Part shown: piece after piece, positions 53,818 through 64,000 of the stretch
How the letters are laid out: every line of letters starts with the position of its first letter
How positions within the stretch are numbered: the stretch's first letter is position 1
NCBI GenBank assembly: GCA_965153455.1
Contig: OZ234493.1
Span: 31,238,213 to 31,302,212, forward strand
DNA from: Sphagnum compactum
Lineage: Eukaryota
Direction of reading: 5' to 3'
Length of the DNA stretch: 64,000 bases
Notes under the pieces: generated by a model
Databases searched by the model: none
What the model saw: the letters and a program-made list of their open reading frames with translations, nothing else
Told to the model about the DNA's origin: nothing
Program-made: the position numbers and the translations under genes

Positions 53818-56615
53818 CATTATGAAAAAAATGGGTGTTTTACAACTGGCCTTGCAACTCATTGTATTTATATGTTATGAGTTTTAATGGACAAGTTGTA
53901 TGAGCTACAAAGTTGCAACTCACCGTGTATATAGTGCAATTCACTTCAACTCAATTGCAACTCAATCAAAACAACCCATTTTCAACTATTATTCAACTCC
54001 ATTATAACTACACCCACGATGTCATGTTGATGTCATTAATTGTCATCCATTTATTAAAATTTAACTCGTGGCATTATGAAGATTTTTGGACATTAAAAAA
54101 ATTTCAAAATATTGATCTCCATCATCCGTTATAACTGTTAATGATAGTCCGAAATTACAACACGTGGCATAATAAATTTTTTTGCCACATGGCATATTAA
54201 TTGTATTTTGGAAAAAATATAAACTATAAAATACTTATTTTAATAGCTAGCTAAGTCATAAATAACCATAGGTGTCGCAACCCTAGCCTTGGGCTCGCGA
54301 CCAAAGCAAGGGGTTGCAAGGTTGCGGGCCAAGAGGCAAACCCGGGAGTCACGTCGCATGCTCCTGGGAGTGCAAGAGAGTGTGAGGGAATAGACCCTCA
54401 CACTCCCAAGGGAACTCCCACTTTGGGAATTAAAATTTCAGTGGACTCCCGAATGTTCAGAGAGCGATTGCAGGGGTCAAAACCCAATGGATTGAAGAGT
54501 TCTTTATATCATTAGAAAGCTATTGAAACTTAAATATCTAAAATGGGCTCGCATGACCCATTTGGACATTTGAAACACAAGTTATGGCCAAAAGAAAGGC
54601 CGAGAGTCAAGACCACTAAAAGTCAGGAATCGACCTAATTTCCTTGCGTGTAGGTCAAGTGCGACATACTATTGGAAAGCTCTCAACAAGGGCTATAACT
54701 TTTCCTCAGACCTCATCTCAATCGAAGGTTTGCACACAAAGTTATGAGCCCCCAAAGTCGCAAGAGTCCCAACTTTGGCAATTTGGGGACTCCCACTTGG
54801 GAGTCTCGGGACAAAATGTCATTTGGATGTGGGCCTCGTGGAGAGGCACAGAGTATACTATAAGGGGGAAGGTGGTGGTTTCCCCCAAGTCAGGCCGTGG
54901 TGAATTTTGTGAGTTTGAGTTTGCCCGTGTCTTGTCCTAGCACCAAAAGTGCTTCAACTATGCACTAACCAACTTGTTGTTTGGTTTGTGCAGATCCATG
55001 TGAGTGATTAAGTGCTTGTCATTCTTCTTAGTCCCATCCCAGAGCTCCAGCATGCCCCTCTACCCCCAAAGTGCTGCAAGCTAGGGAACGTGCCCCAACT
55101 CCTTACTCTTCTGTTGTTTTCTATTTGGACTCACATTTGAGTCCCTCAAGGAATTGGGAGTGCATCAATAGGTGGGTAGGTTGGTAGGTTTTAAAACCGA
55201 CATACCTACATATTTACCTAGGACCTACCTACCTACTTATTTAGGTATAAAAGTAAAACCTACTTACTTACCTAGGTAGGTAAGGAAGTAAGAAAACACA
55301 AGACTAAGTGCATAAAAGAATAGCCATGAAAGTTTATTTTTTATTTTATGTTTTACCTTTGGGTTAAACTGTTTTCAATTCATCCCAAAATGACACATGT
55401 ATTTTAATGTGAGAACATAAAAGAACAAACTTTTTTTATATAGTTTGTAACATGGGATTCGAAGACAAAACATATGGGTTAAATTTTTTAATTGTTCATT
55501 AGTTGCAATTGAATTACAACTATAACACTTAAGCACTTAAGGTCGGCCGAATCCAAAGGGAAGGTTCCATTATTTTTGGCTTTGAACAAAACTTGAACCC
55601 CTCTTATTGGTGCATCTAATGCACTAAAAATTGTCAAAAATGGAATAGAATTGAGAAAGTTATGGTCCTTTAAAATAGAGGGGTCAAGAACTCAAAAAAT
55701 AAACTTCCAAATGCTACAAAGGCTGAATCCCAAACACCCACAAAATTCCTTGTATGTCGTTTTATTGTTGGTAGAGTTCAAAAATAATTTGTAAAATTTT
55801 AGGCAGTGCTCCTATAACACTTTAAATTGTTTTAAATGAATAAGAAATAAGAAAGTTATGAAGTTTGAAAGTATGAGGTGTTTCAAAAAAAAAAAAAAAG
55901 GTGTTTTGTAAGTTGGAAAATTTACTTATTTTCTTGTTATTTTTTCATTACTCATTTTCCTTTGCACTTCAAAACAGATTTCTAGAACTTGAAATAATGT
56001 TCCCAGAACATTTTAAATCACTCAAAATGAAACACATGTGATGAAGATATAAATAACTAATGAATATGTATCCTTATTAATTTATATGTAGTTGTTTTAT
56101 AGTCATAACATAGTTGAACATTAATACTTTAGTGGTGGTGCACTAGTGGCCATACTAATTGTATCAATGGGAATCAAAATCAAAACTAGTTACAAATGTA
56201 TCCCATAATGGGTGGTGGAGATGTGGACACGTGGCATAATCGCATGTATGTACATTGTACACTAGTTGCAACATAATTATTATTTTAATGACACATTTAT
56301 AATATTCTAAAATAATTACTTCATGCAATTGTAATGCAACTCCTAAAAAAATCAAACATGGTTGACTACATATGTATATACGATGTGTATAAATTACCGT
56401 ATAGAAGACCCATTTTCAACTCACTTGCAACAATAATACAATTAACCGATTTTCTGATGTGGTAATTTATTTACTAATACAAAGTATTTCTAAGGGGATA
56501 ATTGCACAATAGTTGTAATACCCAAGGGATAGTTGCATAATAGTTGTATACTAGTTGTTTTTTGAGTTTTAGTTGCAGGGTAATGTGGTTTCAGCGGACG
56601 CGATTTCTCATAGTG
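53818..56615. mobile_element. Non-autonomous CACTA-like element hosting a solo LTR
   Basis: Ends CATTATGAAAAA...TTTCTCATAGTG; TGCAACT repeats on the left and AGTTGCA/AGTTGTA on the right; 3-bp flanks CTA/CAA. Confidence 0.65.
54273..55167. mobile_element. Solo LTR (895 bp) with perfect 5-bp TSD
   Basis: Begins TGTCGCA and ends TGCATCA (TG...CA). ATAGG at 54268-54272 and 55168-55172. GC is sharply higher than the flanks. Confidence 0.9.
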
Positions 56616-58019
56616 CAAATGCATCTGGATTTTATAACCAAAGACATTATGTTGTTATATATAATATATATATATATAGACATGACATCCATAAAAGTCC
56701 ATTATACTATGTTTTCACCCTAGAACTATTATACAAGTTGTAAACACTTACCCAAATGTAAGCTATTCACCATCTAGCATTAATTGCATTTTACAATTTG
56801 ATGTTTTACTGCTTTGATAGATCCTGTTTTTATTTTCCTCTTTGTTTGTTTATTTTAGTGCTTGCCATTTTATTTTTCTTTTATCAAATTTTGATTTTTT
56901 GTTTGATTTTCTTTTGGGTTTTGTATTTAGATTCATAATAGAGTATAATAGTTTAATAAAATTTGGCCCCTAGGTATTGGGTCTATTTTTGTATGTAGTT
57001 TTTAAAAAGATGATGTTTTGGCTTGTTTTGAAACTTGAAATTAGTTATAGAGTAATGATATCTTGAAGATTTTAGTTTCTTTTAGAGGAATTTTTTGAAG
57101 ATTTCTGCATGGTGAAATATTTGAATTTCTATAATTCTTTTTTTGCTTTAAGATATTTTTAAATGTAAATGGTAAGGCCACAGTGTGACATACCCTTTGT
57201 TTACATTCCTTTGGTTTTATTTGTTAATGCTTGGTCAAGATCATGATTGAATTAAGGATCATTGTTTATAAAATCATGATAGAAACTAAAGATTCAAAAC
57301 TTTGTACAATAATTCCCCAAAACATTTGCACCCATGTACATTAGAAAGTGATGCAAACAATTGAGAGAATTTTGGTGTTGTTATAGTTTGTGTAAGTTAG
57401 ATGCATTTGTTTTGTAGTTGTGGGCAAATGAATTTCTTTTCTTAAAAAGTTTCAATGGAGAGAAGACTTTGCAATCAATAATTTTGTTAAGTTTGGGGGT
57501 GTAAATGTTATGTATCATAATTATCACATGCCAACATATGTTTTGTTTATTGGGATTACATCAACTTTAGTAAAGGGTTTTTTTTTGCCATGTCTAAAGG
57601 TATTGCATGATCTTCCATTTCGAACCGTAGATGATGTAGTTGACTACATTGTAATGTGACCTTGGAGACAAGTTTGTTCATATTTATAAACATATGTGGT
57701 ATCTAATATGCAAAGTGTAGTTTAGATTCTATCATCATACTTTGTCCAACATTGTGACTTATGCAAATGTTTCTAAACATTTTGGGTTGCAATTTGTGTG
57801 TATGCATGTATTTCTAGAAGTTGATTTGGTGTTTATTTTTAGCACATACTTGTTGTGTGTATGTGGATGAACTTTCATTTTGGCTAGTGCAAGGCCTATA
57901 CATATAATACAATATTCTAAAGTTTAGGTTGTACAAATTATAGACAAATCTAGTTGATGGTAATGCCATGTCATCTTACATATAATCAATGAATCAAGTT
58001 AGTCATATCAAACCAACCA

Positions 58020-58940
58020 TATGACACCCATACATAATCTACAATTGATTTTGTAACATTTGTGAGTTGATGTTTTTAGTCATCTCGATCTTGAGTTTCT
58101 TAATTTCCTTCACACTAGTAGAAAATTCTTTGATAACATCAACAATAATGTGTTAGGTCCAACATCCATTTTCATCTTTTTCTTTTCCAACTTTCTATTA
58201 TGTGACCTTAAACACTAAACAATTTGCACACCTAATCCTTAATGTATCAACATGGAGGTACAACTTCATCTCCAAATGTAAAAAAATGCATCACAAGGGA
58301 TGTAAGAATCTTTTGAGTTTGATGAACTCTCTAATCTTCATAAAAAAGACTCACAACATTAGTCTTTTTATGAGTAGTGCATACTCTTTGATCAACACCA
58401 TGGGGCATTCCATCCATTTTAGTAGTACCAACAAACAAGTAATTGAATTTCTCATACTAAAGCTAGTTTGAAAGTGGAACTTGTGACAATGATTTTTTCT
58501 TTTCAACATTGTGCTTGTCCTCCATTTTGTTGAATTTGTCTTTACATTGGCCCGAGGTACATTGGACATCAATTGGGAGTGTTGAAGGATGTAACAAAAG
58601 CTTCCCGATTCTGTTTCTTGATGGCCTTCCTATTAGACTCCCCATTTTTTTTTTCAAACTTGTGCAACAAAAATGCAAATGTTACATTGTTCCAAAATCT
58701 TCATGTGGAATCTTTTTTTAAAGCTTGGACTTCATCTCTTTCTTAAGCTTGAACTTCATCTCTTTCATACACGTTGGCAATTCCATTATTCGCATCAAAG
58801 AGCATGTGTAGAAAGCTAGGATGTTGTAGTCCAAAAACCTCTTCTTCTTGAAATCCCTCCATTGTTACAAAGAAACTCATGGGTGGTGCAACTCTAAACT
58901 TGTTCTTTGGTGTGATTTTGGAGCATGGGGAGACCATAAG
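58020..58940 (-). mobile_element. Myb/SANT-like (trihelix) ORF relic, probably the PIF/Harbinger accessory gene
   Basis: DVQCTSGQCKDKFNKMEDKHNVEKKK matches the xTxxQCxxKxxxL helix of Myb/SANT-like domains; frameshifted and intronless. Confidence 0.6.
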
Positions 58941-59329
58941 AAGGTGATAGGATTTGTAAATTTGTTAATTATAGTGTATATAGTTATGATAAATGATTCT
59001 CACCATCAATGGTAAGTAGAGTAGGCTAAGCAAATGTGGAGGCTCTTGGGCTACCCACAAATTTGCTTTGTTGTGAGAAGCATGTTAGGTTGTCAATGCA
59101 TTTTTTGATGTAGCTTAATAACCAACTAACAAAAGTTCATCAACCTCAAAAATAGTCATGTGCCCATGGCTTATGCTTCTGAAAATAGTATGATAATGTA
59201 TAATTTCATGCTTGTTTTGCTTCAGTGGAAACATTTCAAAGTACACACAAGGAACATGAGGACCTTCACCCAATTCATGAGGCTAGTAGAAAGCTCCCAT
59301 GGTTTTCTCACAAGAGAAAACTAGAAACT

Positions 59330-59633
59330 AATGTTTCCCAAATCCTAGAAAATCTGAAAAATGATATTCCCAAACCCAAAAAAATGTTGTTCCCAAAGCA
59401 AATAAACCCTGTAAAATGTTGTTCTCAAAGTTTATAAACCTTAACAACATGCTATTCCCAAAGCCCAAAAACCCTAAAAATAGTTGTTCACAATGCCAAG
59501 AAACCCTAAAACAAAAACCCCTGATAATGCTGTTCCCTAAAGCCAAGAAACCCCAAAGCAGCTGTTCCCAAACCCAGGAAACCCTACAAAATGCTATTCC
59601 CAAAGCCTAGAAACCCTAAAAGAGCTGTTGCCT
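59330..59633 (+). repeat. ~32-bp tandem repeat x9-10 (ATGCTGTTCCCAAAGCCAAGAAACCCTAAAA) in the ACP promoter, containing telo-boxes
   Basis: Units at ~59330, 59361, 59384, 59416, 59449, 59481, 59527, 59560, 59591 and 59622; several contain AAACCCTA. Confidence 0.85.
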
Positions 59634-59864
59634 AGTTGCGTTCCCTTAGAAAGATTTGGCTCGTCCACAAGATGCCGGCTGCCACCCTTTTGCACCTGTT
59701 AGAAAAAGGGCGGCAAGCGAATCCGATAAGTCTCCCCAGGCGCGCAGCTGGCCTTCTTTTCCCTCTTCGCAGTTTTGGTCCACAGTTCTGCTCGGAGACT
59801 GTCTTCTGCGTCCGCTGGGGTGCGCGCGGTTCTTGTGGCGACGGTCTCTTCACCCCTCTGCACC

Positions 59865-61372
59865 ATGGCAACGGTTCAGGCCGTTCTGTATTTGAATGCC
59901 GCTGCCGTCAGCGTTCCATTCCCGACGCAAGCCTCACAGCAGTTGGTAAGTCGGCGCTGGTATGGCTATCCTCTGCCCTCTTCTTCGGGCCGAGTTTCTT
60001 TTTCATGTTTTTTCCCCCTCCTATTCCAACACTCACGAAAAGTGTATAGTCGCGGCATACTTTCTTGCTGAACTCTGTGGCCTTAAAAAGGTGAGATTGA
60101 TCTAGTTTAGTTCTTTGATGCATTGAATGCAAAGAATACGAGAGCGTGCCATCTGTTCAGAAGGTCGTGAATAGTAGAGATGATGACTGTAATGTTTGTT
60201 TGAAGTGTGGCGTCTTTGGAGGTTTTTTCGGTAGTGATAGATCCGAATCTCAGTGGATTCGTGAGCTTAGAGTATATTGCCTTTGGATGTTTGTCGTCTG
60301 TCCAAAGGTGGCTTGTTTACCGTCCTTCTAAGAAGAAGGAGCTGCGTCTTGTTGTGTTGTTGTTGGGTTTTTTTTTGTTGTAGCGTGTCGCTACTTTCAA
60401 CGGAATGAAGGCATTTCCAGTGCTCAAGAAAAGGCCAACTGCGCTTGCACTAAGGCTAATTGCCTCTAGACGCCCTCTGCGCATCTCTGCGGCCGTGAGT
60501 AAAAGCTTCTCTTTTTAATCTTTGTGAAACTTTGATAGCCAAGGCCAGTGTTGTGGGCGGATGTTGTGCAACTGATTCTAGCTTTAGAATAGAGAAACTC
60601 TGACAATATCAGTAAGGATGTTGTGCACATTTCGATGTTCAGGGTTGTGAAATCACATGTATGGAACCATGTTAACTTCTCAATTGTAGCAGCTCCAGTT
60701 GAATATGGCTTACACAAGGTGCCTTTGTGCTGCAGGCTGATCCAGAGACTTTGCAAGTTGTATCATCACTGATTGCTGAGCAGTTGGCCATTGACATAGG
60801 TCAAGTGAAAGCTGATTCTAAGTTTACTGATCTTGGGGCTGACTCCCTTGACACGGTAAGAGTATTATGGTGAAAACTCCTAAAGTTTCTTGGTCTTTGT
60901 CAGTGACACATTTTTTGCTGGAATTGTGCAGTAGATTGTGGGTCCAGGTTGCTTCAACATTTTCTTCAGTGATGCCAGATGTCAAGGCTGCCCAGTTGAT
61001 TTGTACTTTTAGAACCTAAATGGTTTATGCAAACTGCTGTATGAAATTGGTTGGTGACTACACCTTCATGTTAGTCTACCTCATGAAGAGACATTTACTT
61101 TTGTGGATAAGTATGCTGTGCATGGCTGTAGGTTCTTTGTTGATCAGCTGGTCTATGTTGTTCTTTCCTGTTTGGAAGAAACTCTTTGGCTCCATGATTT
61201 GAACCAGCCCCTTCTAACCATAATGCATTGGGGCTGGATACAGGTGGAGATCATGATGGCCCTTGAAGAGAAATTTGAGATCCAACTAGATGAAGATAAT
61301 GCAGAACAGATTGTAACAGTGCAGCATGCAGCAGACTTGATCCAGGATGTTGTGGCTGCTAAAAAAGCCTGA
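59865..61372 (+). CDS. ACP: Plastid acyl carrier protein precursor, 4 exons, 146 aa
   Basis: Exons 59865-59945, 60384-60494, 60736-60855 and 61244-61372 (all phase 0, GT-AG). Transit-peptide-like N-terminus, then ADPETLQVVSSLIAEQL...KFTDLGADSLDTVEIMMALEEKF with the DSL phosphopantetheine serine. Confidence 0.95.
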
Positions 61373-63651
61373 ATCGTGAGCCTCATTATTCCTGTAGAGG
61401 CTTTTTTGCTTTTGAGGTGATTCATTGTAAGGCTTTTCAGCCTATTATGTGCAACTAAGGGAGAATGACAACATTTAATATCATTTTTGTTTCTTACTGC
61501 CTTGTACTACAAATGCTGTTATAGTGTCATTCAACTTGATGCAAAACTATGGGGATGGATTTTGCTTGTCTTTGCTGTCTCTTTATGTTCTTTCTTTGCA
61601 GACACAGTCTAATTTTGTTCTGCAAAAGCTGCCATCGGCATTTTGATGGAGGGGTCAATTGGTACATTGAGTACATGAACTATACATGGCAGGAGACTCT
61701 GGAATACAAGGTGAAGATAGAAGTCAGACTTCATGTATCACACTTTCCTAGTCACTGCTACTCATGGTGCCGGTGATACTTTGTGAATGATTCTTGTTGC
61801 ATTAGGTTGGCTTTGCTGGAGCTGCCAAAATGGGTACTGTCAAGTGTTATGGTGGAGTTTCTTTGCACATATATACATATATATATTCTAGTGGCTGTAG
61901 CAGACATAATGCTTCCAAGTAGTCACCAGTAGTGTGCTCTTAAGGGTATTCTCTGTGTGCAGGAGGTCCCATGCACAACCTTCTATGCAGGCTTCTTTAT
62001 GTCTATATGTGTGCTGGTAATGCACACACTGAAAGGTTTGAAGCTTCTTCTCATAAGCGTTTTCCAGCTTGGATGAGGGTACTATAGATTTTGTTTATTA
62101 GCTACTCTCGAGGGCTGTCTATTTTCAGTTCTAGCCAATATAACAACCAAATCTTCCAGTTACTTCCAGAAATGTAGTAGAAATTAAGGATGTAGATTTT
62201 GTGTAATGGTTTGCACAACATTTTGGGCAGACAGATTCTTATATGCTTATCTGAACCCACCATAAGGAGCTTATCAAGTGAGTAGGGACTCATGTCAGCT
62301 AGTCACTGCTGTTCATGGGGAAAGGTGATGCTGGAGGCTGATGGTCTGATACTTTGTGGGTGTCCCGGACTAATTCTTTTCAGATCAGTTTTAGCAATGG
62401 TCTACAAAGTTCCTAATGATGTTGATTCTTTCCATGGACCAATTATCTGAGATAATGGCTAACTTGGTCTAAAGTCCTCTTTAGTTCTGAGCTTGTACTC
62501 AAATTAGGTAACACTACCACTTGCATTGATCCCTGTACTGCAGTTCCTGACTTCAGTACTGACACCATTTGGATGCTGATGCTCATTCACAGTTGATGGG
62601 TGACCACCTTCACCAAGCCACTGGTTGCATCATGGAGTTCCTTAGGGATCAAAAATCTCCAAAATTGGTACTGTTCCATGAGCTAATTTTGAGGCACAAA
62701 ACAACTTGACAACAAAAGTCTGAAACCTATGAACTTAGTGACTCCAGTAACATTTGTTTGAATTCAAAGAAACTGAAATTTAAAGGTGAAATTTTGCACA
62801 TATGCTTATTGGTGTGGGTGTCCATGCAAAAGCAAGCATCTAAACCTAAGGCTCCAGAACAATGTTTCTGAAGGTTAACTCTTCTGTCAGTTCTGGCAAA
62901 ACCAAAACTAACTCAAAAGAATGAGTGTGGTTCCCCCCAGTAGAAGCAAGCAAGCATCTAAGAAGCCTATGGCATAGAGAGACCTACATAGAAAGAGGGT
63001 AGTGGTTGAGTGTTCGCAATCCTGAACATTTCCTTCAGGCATGCCACTGCTGCCCAATTGGATGCACTTACATCTGCCAAAGTTACTAAAAACAGATTGT
63101 AGAGACTGCAGAAGAAATTCCCCAACCCCACTTTCTATGTAATTGTTCTTTTTGTTCAAGCTAAACCAAAAACCTAACAAAACAAAAATGTGTGCAGTCA
63201 TGACCTTGCAAGACCATGAACATGTCTGTCCAACAATGAAGAGGGAATGGTTAAAGACAAATCCCACTTTTGGTGTACAACAAAGTAGAACCGAACAACC
63301 CCATGCAAGTCAATAGCCAACAAAGAAGAATGAAACTTTTGTGCTTTACTTCTGCTTGATATTCTTGCTCACCCAACTGAATACCTGCTGATATTGTCAC
63401 TCTGACAACTGAAGTTTCTTAGTTTTCCCTATGTAAAACAGCAAACATGCAGAAAGAAGCTGGAAAACTGGATCCACTGCTAGAAAGATGCAGCCAGAAT
63501 TCAGTCTCCATCTGCACTTCACTGGTGAATCACTCTGCTCTTTGGTTGATGAGCTTCCAAAAGGGAAGAGAACAGAACCTGGAAGAAGTGATTCTTCCAT
63601 CCTGCCACATACGAGGTCCTTGATCGGATCTGTGAGGTAGAGAGAGAAAGT

Positions 63652-64000
63652 TTATGACTCCTCTGTTGGCTGAGTGATGCCAAATTTGAGAAGCAACTTG
63701 TTCAAATCATCAGCAGAACAGACCTGATACTTGACATCTCCTAGTGGGCTCAGACTGATTTCAGCAAGCTCCAGTTTCTCAGAGGAGAGAGTGGTGCTGT
63801 CCATGGTTTTACTAAGGACCTTGAGCGCCAACTGAACTGCTTCCTCTCTGCTGATATCATCTTTGTAGTCCTGTTTCAGCATGGATTGTGCAGCTTGATT
63901 GTTTGCACCTATGGCTCCTGCTTTCCAGCCACCATAATTCCCACTAGGATCACTCATGTAAAGCTGGAAACCGAAGTTGTTGTCATAACCTGCAAACAGG
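63652..64000 (-). CDS. PAC1: 20S proteasome subunit alpha type-4 (alpha3), 3' part; continues beyond the window
   Basis: [46 protein letters not shown]...[22 protein letters not shown]; stop at 63654-63652. Confidence 0.96.
   Translation of the reverse strand, partial: LFAGYDNNFGFQLYMSDPSGNYGGWKAGAIGANNQAAQSMLKQDYKDDISREEAVQLALKVLSKTMDSTTLSSEKLELAEISLSPLGDVKYQVCSADDLNKLLLKFGITQPTEES

Noticed and set aside
59330-59633. CRISPR-like array
   Set aside because: Units are head-to-tail with no unique spacers; eukaryotic context; no cas genes.
62908-63600. ORFs downstream of PAC1
   Set aside because: Likely 3' UTR or intergenic sequence; non-ATG or unrecognisable products.

Overview
AT-rich land-plant nuclear DNA; repeat style and gene structure suggest a moss, possibly Sphagnum-like (inference only). 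Genes cluster at both ends. Left: a probable gene start running off the edge (-) and a 14-exon ASCC1/eukaryotic LigT-like KH + 2H-phosphoesterase gene (-, 2116-6452) whose last exon has an in-frame TGA. Right: a 4-exon plastid acyl carrier protein gene (+, 59865-61372) and the 3' end of 20S proteasome alpha-3/PAC1 (-). The ~52 kb between them (about 6.6-59.3 kb) is mostly nested, decayed transposons: a Ty3/gypsy pol relic, a solo LTR with perfect TSD, CACTA-like non-autonomous elements, hAT, MULE and Harbinger relics, MITEs and minisatellites. It also holds two copies of an unidentified pseudogenised exon and an intronless, divergent protein-kinase relic inside transposon-type subterminal repeats. 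The kinase cassette and the ASCC1 nonsense codon, which has an in-phase rescue acceptor, are the most notable observations. All alignments and translations were done by eye.
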